NCBI RefSeq assembly: GCF_964188315.1
Contig: NC_135662.1
Coordinates: forward strand, 38,936,001-39,000,000
DNA from: Podarcis muralis
Lineage: Eukaryota
Reading direction: 5' to 3'
DNA: 64,000 nt
The notes under the pieces were generated by a model. The model saw only the letters and a list, made by a program, of their open reading frames with translations, did no database searches and was not told where the DNA came from. Of this stretch, positions 10,995 through 23,694 are shown piece by piece; position 1 is the first letter of the stretch; each line of letters starts with the position of its first letter. The position numbers were made by a program, and so were the translations under genes.

Positions 10995-12257
10995 TTCGGT
11001 TCCAAGGAACTTTGTCGGAAGAAGCGGGCAAAGATCTGGATATGGGTTCGCTGACTGCTTGTCCTTTTGCTCCTTAACTTTAGAAAAGGGGCAGTTAAGA
11101 TCATGTGCTGGCGAAAACAAGCCTGCCATTCCCCCTTCAGCGAAAAAGCAAAGCCGAACAGGATGAAATTGATTCGGCACCAATCTAGACCGAAAGGCTT
11201 CCCGGAATGAAGCCGACAGGTAAGGCGGGAACCGGGAAGGAGGCAGTTTCCACGCGAGGGCGGAACTGCTACCAGCTGTGCAGAAAAGGCGGATGGAAAG
11301 GAAAAAAGAGACCTTCGCTTTCTCAACCTTTCAACCCGGCTAAGTATATGTGAATATACATGGACGTAACCAGGAGACTTTTCCAATCTCTTCTATTCCC
11401 AGCCCTTTTGCGCGTTCACGAGGATCGCCCGCAGAACTGACTCTCGCTCAGGCGGCTTCTCCTTTAGCCTTGAGGACAGGCTCTCTTGCAGGGCTGGATG
11501 GACGGAGAGCCCCTCGCTGACCTAGGCAGGATCCAGTCGAGCACTTGGTGTTTGAAGGACTCTTTGGGTTGGTGGACGGGGGGAAATGCCAAGCCAAGCG
11601 CCCTGGGGTCCACCAGCCAAGCTCCTGTAGCGGGGATCCAGATTGCCTTCTACCTAGCCAGGGATTTGGATCCCTCTCCATCTACCCTTCCTCATGGTAG
11701 AGCTCACTCCTAAACCGCTTTCCCCGTTCCTCAGCACCAAGGATGACAGAGTACCTGTTGCCAATGGCCATGCCCAGCAATGCTCCCCATCCCGCAGCTG
11801 CTTTCCAGTTGAGCCTACCCCCCACCCCTCAGGAGGAGATGCCGACACGAAGCCCCCTCTCCAACCCCGGAGACACTCCACTTGGCCTGCTTCTCTTCCC
11901 GGGCGGACACCCCGTCGGAAATATTACTCCACCCTGGCACCCTCCCTCCCCAGAACGGATATCTTCCTCCGGGCAGAGCCTCCAGGTCCCAAGAACCTCA
12001 AACACCTGTGGCATGAGGCTGGGCGACTCACCTGTGAGCGCCTGACTGAAAAGCTCAGGAAGCCCACACCAGCCCAAGTGATAGGCGAGGGAAGTCGCCC
12101 CTGCAAGCTTTACTTACCGGGGGCTTCTACCAGTGCACCAGAAACACACACACACCATTCAGGCAGCTGAGCCGAGGCAGCTGAGCCCGCCCAGGCGAGC
12201 CTGAGCAGCTCCCCGTCCGGTCTCGGTGCAGAGTCCGAGGGGCTGCCGGGTACTTAC

Positions 12258-12362
12258 AATTTCCCCTTCGATCTCCGGAGCCGGGTGCAAATCTTTACAT
12301 TGCTCACATCCGTTCGCAGCGGGCTCTTCAGCCGGGGACGGCAGCTCGCCCGCCATGCGCAT
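12258..12362 (-). CDS. RGS20: RGS20 short-isoform first coding exon (MRMAGELPSPAEEPAANGCEQCKDLHPAPEIEGEI)
   Basis: ATG at 12362 (second ATG at 12356). 105 nt ending GAA ATT|gtaagt, phase 0, in frame with exon 207-355. Located in a CpG island and analogous to the human MRTADGGEPAG... first exon. Confidence 0.8.
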
Positions 12363-12607
12363 GCGTCTCTCTGCTTCGCCTAGGAAGCCCGGGCTGCTGG
12401 AGCGTCCACACCCCGGCTCGGTCCCCAACTTCCTTTCTTCTCAGGCACCACAATGTCCAGGTGGCCGCCTATCCTCCACCCCAGCGCCTTTCTGGTGGAC
12501 GTGGAGGGGGAAGACACGGACTGGAGAGGCCGGGAAACGGAGTCCGGGGACCCCAGAGAGAGACCTTCCTCGGCCAAGCAAGCGCCTGCTCGCCTCCGCT
12601 GGCGCGA

Positions 12608-12628
12608 TTCAGCACCCTGGACAGCTCC
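12608..12628 (+). promoter_or_regulatory. RE1/NRSE (REST binding site)
   Basis: TTCAGCACCCTGGACAGCTCC matches 19/21 positions of the consensus TTCAGCACCATGGACAGCGCC; ~250 bp upstream of the RGS20 short-isoform ATG. Confidence 0.78.
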
Positions 12629-14180
12629 CGGCCAAGCGCTCTCTGCAGCGCGCCGTCATTTTCCCGCCTCCCTCTCCGGCTCCCCCCTCTGCCCGCCCCC
12701 GGAGAAGCGCCCCGGCTGTTGAAAACACCACACACGGGCACGTGCCCGCGCGGATGCCAGCCCAGGCAACGGACATCTGGAGCCACAAACATCTGCAGCA
12801 AACACATTGTGGAAACAGATGGGAGGGAGGGAGGGAGGGGAGGCGGGTAGCGAAGAGGGAGGCTCCCGCTTTGCTTCGGATCTCCCTCGGGGAGGAGAAA
12901 TGGAGGGGTAAACAAGGTGTTTGTGCAGAAGAGATGAAAAGTCAGAGGCATTCATTTTGCCTGTCACAGCCACCCGCTCCCCTCTGACATCCTGACCGCT
13001 TTATCAGACGATCTAAACGGACGGAAGAACCCCCTTGGATACGGGCAGGGACGTCTCCTTTCACTAAACCTCATGAGGGCTTATTTTCTCTGTTAAGCAG
13101 AAGAAATCAAATGCAATGTGGAAGAAATCGCGGCATAAATTGGATCTGGAGAAAAAGCCTCGCCTACCCACCCCTCTCCCCACAGCACTCTAGGTAGGCT
13201 TAAATGCTAAACGGAACCCTTAAGAACCTCTGTAAGGGAAACGCGCGGTCGCAAGGGAAAGTCCTGCCCCAGATTTGTTTGCGGAGGCGAGGCGAGCAAA
13301 AGCGCCTTGCGAAGAGGCTGGCATGGAAGCGATCAGGTGATGCAGCTCTGCCAGGAGTCGGCTGCTGCTTTCAGGCACTGCCTTTCCTGCCTCTCTTTCC
13401 AGGGCTTCCTGGCTCGCGCTCGGAGAGGGCGAGAGAGCAGCGCTGTTCTCCCCGAAACTGAAATTGATTCGATGCATAAATAACCTGGGCGTCACTTCCT
13501 CCTGCTTCTCGGGAGCTTGAATCAGGGATCCCTGGTTACCGGCAGAGGCGAGCGCGTTCATCAAGGCAGCCGCGGCGACCACGACAGCTCGCATCCTGTT
13601 TGGATTGGCTCGGAAACCCGAGATTCCGAGGAGGAAAAAAAGCACCGCCGCCACCAGCTTCTCGTCCCTACGGCTTCCTAGTCTCACGTCTAGCTCAGAA
13701 GCCGCGCTGCCCTTCCAGCTCTGGAAGGTCTCAAAGCTGACCCCCACCTCCCTAAATCAGCTGCTGGGACTCGGGACTTATTTACAAGCACATTTCGGAT
13801 CCGGGTGTCATGATGTCATTGTTGCTCCACTCCATACACTTTCACTCCATGCCCTGAAGTTGCAACAAACCAAAAAGTGCCTCTGAGCATGCCTTTCCTC
13901 TTCCCTTTCCTCTGAGGAACACAGCCCCTGATACAAAACACTGGGGATAATTGGGAGGCCCTTTGTGGTAGTGGAAAGGGTTAAAGCCAAGCAAAAACTT
14001 TCCTCTATAACTAGGCCTTTGGCCTTTAACTATCTGTGTGGCCTTTTGGAAGTGGGCGGGATGCTTATACTGTATTTCTTTCTTTTCTTGGTTTCAGTCT
14101 ATCTGTTTGGGTTTTTTTTCCTGTTCGTTTTGTTGTTTGTAGGTCGTTTCGTAAGCCAGAAGAAAAAGAGAGACTAACAG

Positions 14181-14181
<1 letters not shown>

Positions 14182-14228
<47 letters not shown>
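14182..14228. repeat. (AAT)n microsatellite
   Basis: About 15 tandem AAT units. Confidence 0.95.
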
Positions 14229-14945
14229 GAGCCTGGGCTCAGTCTCAGAACCTGGTTTACTTAAGAGTCATGTGCAAAGCGGCTTTAGCTGCTCGCTGAG
14301 GCTGGCTCCTGTATTGTCTCAGTGGGGTGCTGCAGCAAATGTTGGGCTCCTGATGCTTCCTCACACCATAATTGTAACCTTGATTCTAAGTCTATGCAAG
14401 CAGGCCCCACTTCTGGATCACCCCGTTTATTCGTTTATTATTCAATAATTATAGCAAATGGATTGTGTGAACATCTCTCAAACAAATGTACATACATAGT
14501 CCCAGTTCACATTTAAGGTTATATGTAAAGGCACATAATCACCTGTTTCCACATCTCAATGTGTGTACATGCAGCCTATGCTCTGAGATTATGTGTGATA
14601 CTAACAGTCAATCGTTGCAGCCAGCTCCATGCAGCCGGCAACCAGTTGAGGTCAGCGAGTGAATTCTAGACAGGCTTGAACACCATTGCTTTCTGTTTTC
14701 GAAAACCAGCTATTAGCTCCTTCATCTTCTGGGGCTGTATACTTCTGAATGCAAATATGTTTGAGGACAAGCAAAGGTGAAGGCTAATGAATCAGAGTGT
14801 TTCATTCCATATGTTCTTACGGGTAAGCTTTCCTATTTAGAAACAAGTGTGTTGCACACAACCTCCTTAAAAAGAGGGGATTGGGATGTGGATGAGCTGC
14901 TCCTATTTCCCCCAGGGGGATCCTGTTCAAGCAAGTGGTACTCAC

Positions 14946-15254
14946 ATCACTGTGCTGTTTTGAGAAAGTCTTGTGTGTCCTGAATGCTGCTTCTTTACAT
15001 TTAGAGCATCTCAGGGGCTCCGAGGAGCTGCAGCTGCGTAAGGCCAGCTCTGCCAAGAGGCCTCCTAGTAAGGCGTCGAGCGGACCCAGAGCTGCCGCTT
15101 CCCTCCGGAGCAGAGTCCCTGTTCGGAAGGGTGAGATGTTAGAGAAAGGGGCAGCTGGCAGGGATGGAAGGCATGAGTGGTAGGCTAAAGGTTGAAAGCG
15201 TGGCCTGGACAAGAGAGGGAAGCTGGGAAGGAGGACAGAGAGGGATTGGAGAAT
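14946..15254 (-). CDS. RGS20: RGS20 long-isoform exon 2 (ILQSLSVLLPSFPLLSRPRFQPLAYHSCLPSLPAAPFS...TFSKQHSD)
   Basis: Long pyrimidine tract plus ccctag| acceptor at 15255/15254; donor GAT|gtgagta at 14946/14945. 309 nt, open, phase 0-0. LPSLPAA and LLAELAL resemble human long-isoform LPALPAA and LLGAALAL. Confidence 0.72.
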
Positions 15255-16199
15255 CTAGGGAGTGGGGTAGAAACATGGACAGAGCGGGGAAGGAAAGAGA
15301 GAGAAATACAAAACAAAAATTACCAAGATGCCCAGCTAGCTTGATCCAAGTTGCTTGGCTTTAACAGCACAAGCCTAACCATACCTACTCCCTGCAAAAA
15401 TATGAGAGGCCCCATCAGTATTGGCATTCCACAGGCTCTTGAGGACACACCTGCTTAGGCCAGCATTCCCTGAACTTGAACTTTCTGATCTAATTGTTTT
15501 TAAACTGTTTTAAATATTGTGCTTTACACCGGCATGTTTTACTGTTTATTTTAGTTATGGATGTTTTTAATGTGTTGATGGAATTGTTTAACTGTGTATT
15601 TCAATTGTGTATGCATGGATTTTACAATTGATCTTATACTTGTAAACTGCTAAGAAGCCGTTTTGGCATGCAAGCAGTAAACATATGTCAGGATCCTCTT
15701 TCAGTTTAAGGAAGAGGGCCAGGTACTGGAATAAACTGTGTTTGTTTAAACAAGAATCATGTTAATATAAAGCATGATAATCCAGCATCAACACTTCTCC
15801 TGACCACTTCTAGGACACATCTGCATCCTATCTTTTGCATCTCCTATTTCCAGATATGGGCTTTAGAACTCAGTTGGAAATTTAGAAAAAGTCCTAAGAA
15901 AAAGAACATACAAAATGGCCAACCTATTGTATCAAAAATTATGCGACTTCATGTGCTGGCTGGCTCTGTCATTGTCGCCCTCTGCTGGGCATATGTCTGG
16001 CTTGATCTGATGGTGCCCAGGCATGTGTGCTGGTGTGACTATATTTTACTGAAAACCACCCAAAGAGTGATTCATCCAAACTATGTCGACAGAATCTCCA
16101 ATCCCAGCTACAGTGCAAATGTATAGCCATCACCTCGTGTTTAAAATATTTTTTAAAAACGGAACTTGCATTCAATTGCTTCAGTTTCAGGAGACCTAA

Positions 16200-16575
16200 A
16201 AGATTATCTCACCCCTTGTATATCCAGACAATCACTGTTCTCTGCAAGTGAGGGCAACCTACAGATGCCATCTTATCAGGAGGTTTGCTCTCGAGTCCCC
16301 ACAATGTAGAAATTGGGCATTTAGTGTTGTGGCACCTATTCTCTGAAATTTCCTCCCCTCAAATATTAGACAGGTGTCATCTCTGTTGTCTTTTCATTGC
16401 TTACTGAAGACCTTCCTCTTTCAATAAGACTTTTTAGTCAAGATCTTTCCCAGTCTGCATCTGTATTGGAATTATTTTAAATATATTTCAAATATATTTT
16501 ACCACTGGTTGTTTGCCACCCTAGACTCCTTTGGGAGGACAGGAGGGCTATTAATAAATATAAAATAAAATAAAA
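16200..16575 (+). mobile_element. Old L2 LINE 3' fragment
   Basis: Degenerate L2 3' ORF/UTR (gggcatttagtgttgtggcacct...) ending in an (AAAAT)n tail. Confidence 0.5.
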
Positions 16576-19500
16576 ACTATATTGATTACAATGGAGACAA
16601 TGCCTGTTTTCTGCTGTTTACAACTTTAGAACTTTCCATCCAAATGTCTTTCATTTTTCAGGTATTGTACTACTCCCCTAAGTCATCGTTTCAGGCCTGC
16701 CATGTTATCTTTATGTGATGGAGGTCCCCATGTTATAAGCGGCTAGAAACTTGCAGTATCTTCTTAGCTTCAATTTCCTTTCAGTGAACACTTATAATGT
16801 TGACCTTGTCTATCTAAATGGCCTTAAATGTGCAATCACTGTGCTACTCCCCAAAGGCATAAAATCTCACAAGTTTCATATTGTTTTATGCCTCAGATTG
16901 GAGTTTTCATTTCTTCTCATTTTTAAGAACACTCAAAGATTGCCTCTACAGATTGCATCCAGTGTGTATCAATTCACAGTGCTTCTTGGGGGGCTTTCTG
17001 CAGATTTTTGAGCTAATTTACCTGTGCTTTAGTTGGACAGTTTTAATGCCTTGTCACTTTCAGAGCACACCAAGACCCCTTCTCCATCCTACAGATTGTT
17101 CCTGGATGCAACAGTATGCATCAGTTTGATAAGAAATGCATTGCAGCACCTCTTGTCAGTTTCAGGAACCAGTCCTATAAGACAGGGCTTCACAAACTTT
17201 CCCTCACCGCTTGAAAACTGCTGAGGATATAAGTAATAGTACACAGACCACATGAATGAAGCTCACAGAAAACTGGTGGTCCAGGGACCACAGCTTGGGA
17301 GCCCCTCCTATAAAAAAGAGATGGGAGAAATGAAGGGAAATGATTCTATCCATTTCTTACAGAAAAACAAATTGTAGCACAATCTGAACCCAAGATCCTC
17401 CAGGATGAGTGAATTTGGAGCACACAGACCTCTGGCTGGGCCAGCCAAGTCTGGGCTCAATGGGGCTATGCCAGTTAAGTCCTTCACGGCCATATACGTA
17501 GGGGGAAGACCCCATCCTTGGCTCAGCTGAGTCTCAGCTGGTCCTGGTCCTTGAAAGAGGGTGTTCCAGTGCTATGGTGGAAGCAACCTTATAACCACAG
17601 GATCCAAAGCTCCTTAATTCCAAGAGGTACCAAGATTGGGCACAAGGACACCAACTCCTAGGAGCCCAGTTTGTTTGCCCCCCCTCTATATTTGTTGGGG
17701 GTGGCTCCCCAGTGTTAAAAAAAGCAGGGGGCTATCCTGGAAAATGGCAGAACTGGGTATCTGGAATCCTGAACAGAAGCACTCCACACTGCTTTTGTTT
17801 TTTGGTTACTATTCCACTTTTGATTTCCAATTCCATGTTGATTAATGTGTCATGCATAACGCTTTTTGAAATATTATTCTGTTTCATAGAATTGTAGAGT
17901 TGGAAGAGTTTAAATGAAACTTTAACACATGGCATGATAAAAGTCTGTATTTTTATCAGGACAAGTTACTTGTTTTTGTTTTTTTTTACTGTTGTAGCAA
18001 TTGTTTTCTCAAAATTTATCTTCTGTACTATGAAAATAAATAAAAACAGTAAAAAAATTGATAGGGTGCATTTTAACATTTTCAAGGCAATCAGAAAACT
18101 TCATGTTTGGGAAAGCTACATCTGTTGCCTATCTTGGAGATATTAATGGTAAATGAATCACTGTGAGCTTAAAAAAAATGTGGCTAACTCCAACCTTGAT
18201 TGGTTGCCTGGCTCCTAAATTGTAAACCCTTTCACTAGGAAATAGGAGCTTATAATGGAACCTGGCTTTATTTGAAGCTGAGAATTGGCCATCTGATGAA
18301 GAGTTCTGTATTATAAGAGTCTTAATAATATTCCTCCATAAACAAAAGGAAACATGCATTTGCAGGTGATTGTGGCGAAGAGCTTCCCCTTCTGTTTATT
18401 GTGCTTTTAAGGAGAATAAGAAGGTTCCATTATGGTTTCAATTCTAGGCACACTTAGGAGGAAGTAAACAGCACCAAAGAGAAGCAGAAAGGCATAGAAA
18501 AGGGCTGCATTTATACACTTAGGCTACAATGCTAAGCGCCAGGGGGATGGGGAACCAGAGGTGCTTGAACTGCCTTATCCAGCAACAATTTCCATCCCAT
18601 TAAGAACTTTGAACCAAGGAAGCGGCCTTATACTGAGCCAGACCATTAGTCCATGGTGGTGGTTCGCCAGGGGTCCTAGCCCTTCCTGGACATGCTGGAC
18701 ATTGAGCCTGGGGCCTTCTTTATGCAAAACAGATGCCATAACCCTTCCCCAAAGGGAGAGAATTTTATTATGTCAGATCCAAGGATGGTGCAGTTTTCTC
18801 CCTCATTTGGAGACAGACTGAGAGACTGGGAAGACCTTTGGATCCATGCCATGCTCTGGCATGAATCTACTCCCTGGTACCACTTTTGTGGCCCCACTAT
18901 CTATGTTGGATTTCCGGCATCAGTAGGGCAAGAGCCACCGAGGTGGTGGGGAGGAGGCACCTGAAACCAAATCTCCATCTTTGAGGTCGGACCCTCTTTC
19001 TCTGCCATTGGGAGAGGAAATTGTCAGATATAGCTATGGAGTCACCTTCGCAACACAGGAGATGCTACAACCTACTTGGATGGGGATAGGGTTGCGGCAG
19101 AGCAGGGTGGCCCCAAGGGAAGGGCAACATGGACACCCCAGCAGTCAATCCAGCACTTCCACTGGAAGTTCCAGCAGAACTGTCCTTCCTGCCCTCTGCA
19201 GGTAAGCTGTAGCAAGCCCTGTGTTGGGAAGGTAGCTCCATGGCTCTGATCCACCACTCTGGCTGCTACTGCTGTAGGCCATAGGGCTGTAGGGTTGCAA
19301 AGCTCTTTTCTGGAGGCCCCAGCTTTCTGATAGTTCAAGACAGCCCTCCAAATGGTACCTCTTCACACAACACATAATGTATGGAATTTACTGCAAAAGG
19401 ATGTCTGATGGCCACTTGCTTATGTGGCTTTAACAGGGATTAAACAAGTTCATGGGAGACAGAGCCATAGCTATGAGAACCTCTAGGTTCAGAACCAGTA

Positions 19501-20165
19501 AGCTACGGAATAATAGCTACTAGGGAGCAAAAATGAGGCAAGGCTATTGTCTCCACACCTTGCAGACTTCCCAGAAGCACTCTGTTGGCCTCTGTAGAGA
19601 GCAGGGTGCTGGACCTTTGCTCTGATCCAGCCAAGCTCAAGTTTGTTGAAAAAATGAAGCCATTATTTGTTATATTTATCTTTTTAATATCACCTGTTTC
19701 CTATTTGCTTTTAAAGCACACACACATATAATGCCTTTAGGTCTCTGAGCACTATATAGGCCCCCAAAGTGCTTACTTTTAATCCATGTTTCCAATGTCC
19801 ACATACTGCTGAATGCAGCAGTTAACAACAATTAAGTAAGATTCACTCTCCTGTCCTTTCCTGCTCCTTATAACCTTTTGTGCTTAAAAAGAAGAAGAAG
19901 GTATAACACGTCCAGTATATATAAAATGGGCACCAGGACAAAAATGTACACCCTGAAAAAGAACCACACAAAAACATGGAAAACAAAATCGTTAACAAGC
20001 AAAACTATGATAAGGGTACCTACAACTAATACTAGTGGCAGAGCAAAAATAGGGTGGGGGGGGGGAGTTTGAAGAGCACAAGGTCCAAATAAGTTTAATA
20101 ATTCTTCTAAATGAATAACCCACTTGGCTAGAACAAGGCCATGGTGTGAGTGTTGATATAAGTTA

Positions 20166-20166
<1 letters not shown>

Positions 20167-20222
<56 letters not shown>
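20167..20222. repeat. Compound (GT)n(GA)n microsatellite
   Basis: Direct sequence. Confidence 0.95.
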
Positions 20223-20224
<2 letters not shown>

Positions 20225-23200
20225 CCCATATGGTCACAAAATATTGTGGCATGGCAGAACCCTTGGTGCCTTTAAATGTATGAGTTAGCATCTTCAAGGA
20301 AACCGTCTTTTTATACCACATGCCCATTATAATGGTCAAGGAACCTTCCAGCCCTGGGTTGTAGTTAAATGGAATGTGATCAGGAGGAACATAATCAAAG
20401 GTTTGATTAGTAGGGTGTTTTTATCTCCTTCAAATATGTAGAGCAGAAATAACTTTGGCTCTTTAACTGCCTGTTTACCAATTATGGATGTAATTTTCTC
20501 CATCCTTCAACCCCAGAAAACAGAAACAAAATGACAGCCCCAGAACATAAGCCGATAAGCACTCTTATCTGGGCAGTCTCACCAACAGCAATTAGATCCT
20601 CAACCCAATATATGAGCAAGCCTCGGCAGTGTGTGAGACCACAGATGCACCACTTTGAGAGAGTTCTGCGTATTGGCAAAAGCTGAGAAGGGCTTGGTAG
20701 ACCAGACCCCCCCTCCCCGCCATAAAGCTTGGCCTAGATTTTCCCCCAGGTCTTCCACGCACACCACCTTCAAACTGTCAAATGAGGGGAACTGGCTTCT
20801 CAATAGCAATTGATAAAAAGCAGAAGCCAGCTTCTTATGAGTTTAAACGTCTACATGAACCCGCTGGGTGATGTCATTCGGGGATTTGGGTTTAAGTGTC
20901 ACTAGTAGGTTGATGACACTCAACTCTTAACATTTTAGTATTAATCATCTAACCCTAGAGAAGCACTGGAAATTCTGAATGGGTGGCTGGAAGACAAACA
21001 ATTGAAGGTTCTTCTGCTCTCGGTGGAGGTTTGCAATTAATTTTGATTGGGATTGTATTCTCCCCTGAAGTATCAAGTTCATTTGGGGGTTCCTGTACCT
21101 CACTTTGTCCCTGGATGGCCAGGTAATGTCAGTGGCCAGCAGTGACAAAGAAGGCAGTTATTTGGAAAGGGCCTTATTGGTGATGATTCTGTAGATATGT
21201 GTCAAATTCTCTCACGGGGCAGGGATTGTGGTTCATCCACCAAACTAATTCCTCTTCGTGCTGTTAGGCAGGTGTTGAAACCCCTTTTATTAATTCCAGA
21301 AGACATTTTATAATTGAGCTCTACTGTCCTCATTTTATATCCTTTGGCTTTCATACTTATGTGCTTTTAATCGGTTTCATTTATTTTGCTTTTTAAAACT
21401 ATTTTTGCATTATCAGATTTGTCATTTTCTACTTATATAAGCCATTTTGTAGGTGGGGGAGTGTTTTTTTTAAAAGCAGGGCATCTTAAAAAAATAAATA
21501 GAAGGTACCACTTGAAATTACAACCAGAATGAGGTTCTGTGTTTGCAATTCAATTATACCACTTCTAACCACAACAAAAACAACTTTTAGTTTGAATGAA
21601 TTTCCTGGAAGCTGGAAAATATTCTGTTTACAGAACAGACAGAGCTATCATGTACCTAATTACGACATTGTCTTATGCATTTTAATTTTCAGTTCATTCC
21701 CTCTGAAAGTACAGTTTAATGTGCATATGACTAATGCCTGTTTGGAGTTCATGTTGCTGAGGCATACCAGATTTTCACATGTCAGAAATTCCTTATTCAT
21801 TTTAACTAATAAGGAAAGAAGGAGAGAAACTCATCACTAACCTTAAGGAGAAATAGGGAAGGGAGAAATGAGTCTTTCTGGAACATCCTGTTGACTAAAT
21901 GATGTTGGATTAAAGACTTAAAAGTATTGTTCCGTTAATTTACTTTATAGCTGTTGAAACATCTACTGAAAAGTTTGTCTTGGAACTGAAATTAAGCATC
22001 ACAAGGAATGCCAAGAGCATCATTTCTGGGAAAGGACTCATATCTGATGAGCTTAATGTATGTGCATTAAAGAAGGAGCTATTGCAATTCTGGCAGCTGG
22101 GATTTGCAGTGTAGAATGCCACTGTTCAGGGCTCCAGACAGCTGGCAACGCCCCCCTCAGGATACTCCATTCCCTGTTATTCTCCCTATTTACCGCTTTT
22201 TCCTCCTGTACAGTCAATTAACATTTCATGCCCACTGAGCATACTCAGTCCTCATTAGGTTGCAGCATTTTTGGACCTCGCATTGGTTCGTTCCCCTAAA
22301 CAATTTCTCTAATTCTTCACATCTTGGGGTTCCCACAAGCCTGTTAATAGCTTTTTCTTGGACATGGGTGGTGTCATTCCGACCACATAAGAACAGGCAT
22401 TTGCAAGATGAGGAAGTAGGGGGTAGCAGTGAGGAAGAGAGGTGCCCACTGTGGGCAACTTGCCCTTGGGCCCCTCAAAATCTTGAACTGGCAACTCAAG
22501 ATAGTGTGCAATAGAGATGCACTCTCCAATAGTTTGAATGTAACATGGCACATTTGACCAAAAAAGTTGGCAAACTTGAAATAAGGCAGGGCAGGGAACC
22601 TTCCCTGGTCAGTGGGCCAGATCTTTATCTCAATACCTCTGTCGGGTCAAATTTGACAACCCCAATGATTAGGACTTTGAAGACCCTTTTGCAAGCAGCG
22701 CTGTGCTGCTCTTTGAACATCCAGTTTTCAGGGCTTCAAAGAGCAGCACTGGGAGAGAGAACCTTCCGCTGAAGGTGCTGATAAAATGGCATTTCCCCTT
22801 CCCCTCTCCAATCTAGACCCATACGAAAAGATTCAATCAGGCTTCCTTTCATTTTAGCAGATGCTCTACCATTGAGCTATGGTTTTCCCCCTGAACTTGC
22901 CACTCCTTACAGCCCCCAAAACACCATGTGTGCTGCACATATCTATCAGGTCCTTTGGTCACACAGGTTGGGGTAAGATTTTTCCAAATGATAATCTGAA
23001 GTCAATGGGAAATTTTGCATTACTGAATTAAAATCCTCCAGCAGGTGTCACTGTAGGCATAGTCAAAGTAAGCAGAATCATTATGGCAAAGACAATAGCA
23101 GAAATGTTTCCTGTCCTGAAGCATTTTCCTATGCAGGGTTTGTACTGCCTTTGGGACTTCTCAAGTCATCTGTGTGAGCACCTGATCATATTCATAAGTG

Positions 23201-23694
23201 GAAGAGGATCAGAAGGGAGCATTTTGCAATGCAAATCAGCATTCCAGCTAATGGAACGTTTATACTCCAAACTGACTAGAGCAAGAACTGCTTTGAGCCT
23301 TACGCCTGAAAACACCAATAGTCCCCTCCCTGCTTTTGAGCACCTGTATTTCAAACATAAATACATTTACTTAGAACTAAGTCCCACAGATGCTGTATCC
23401 ACACAAGGGCATCAGTGCATACAGCAACAATTTTTTTTCTGTGTGCGCTTTTGTCCATGCACAAGCACTTTCAATTGTATTCCCCCAATGTATTCTTGAT
23501 GTTTCCTGACCTGTCCAAACTAGTGGGCAGTACTTGATGGGATGTATTTCTGCAGTGTGTTGTTGTAGCAAAAGGGGAAGTTCTGGTGATTGGCTATAGT
23601 GTGCATTCTTATAGGGCAAAAATGAATCCCTATAAGAGAAGCACGAAGGAAACTTGGTGATATGGCTAAACCCTAACTGCTGGTCACCTAAAAT

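Larger units (their letters stand above)
10900..13750. promoter_or_regulatory. CpG island / internal promoter region of RGS20
   Basis: Marked GC and CpG enrichment relative to the AT-rich flanks; contains the short-isoform first exon and RE1, CTCF-like, ETS-CRE and CCAAT motifs. Confidence 0.85.

Noticed and set aside
12363-12428. Upstream MGTEPG extension of the RGS20 short exon
   Set aside because: The ORF-track start at 12428 is TTG, with an in-frame TGA just upstream; the first true ATG is 12362.
12226-13886. Long overlapping ORFs in the RGS20 CpG island (253 aa, 175 aa, 160 aa)
   Set aside because: Low-complexity Pro/Arg/Ala/Gly products on several frames, expected from GC-rich DNA; no recognisable domains or splice logic.
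14036-14299. ORFs with poly-Asn or poly-Ile tracts (also 26818-27009 and 57381-57734)
   Set aside because: Artefacts of (AAT)n microsatellites and LINE tails.
18981-19375. GC-richer block with a plus-strand donor CAG|gtaagc at 19201/19202
   Set aside because: No recognisable homology, acceptor partner or consistent frame; likely old repeat or chance.
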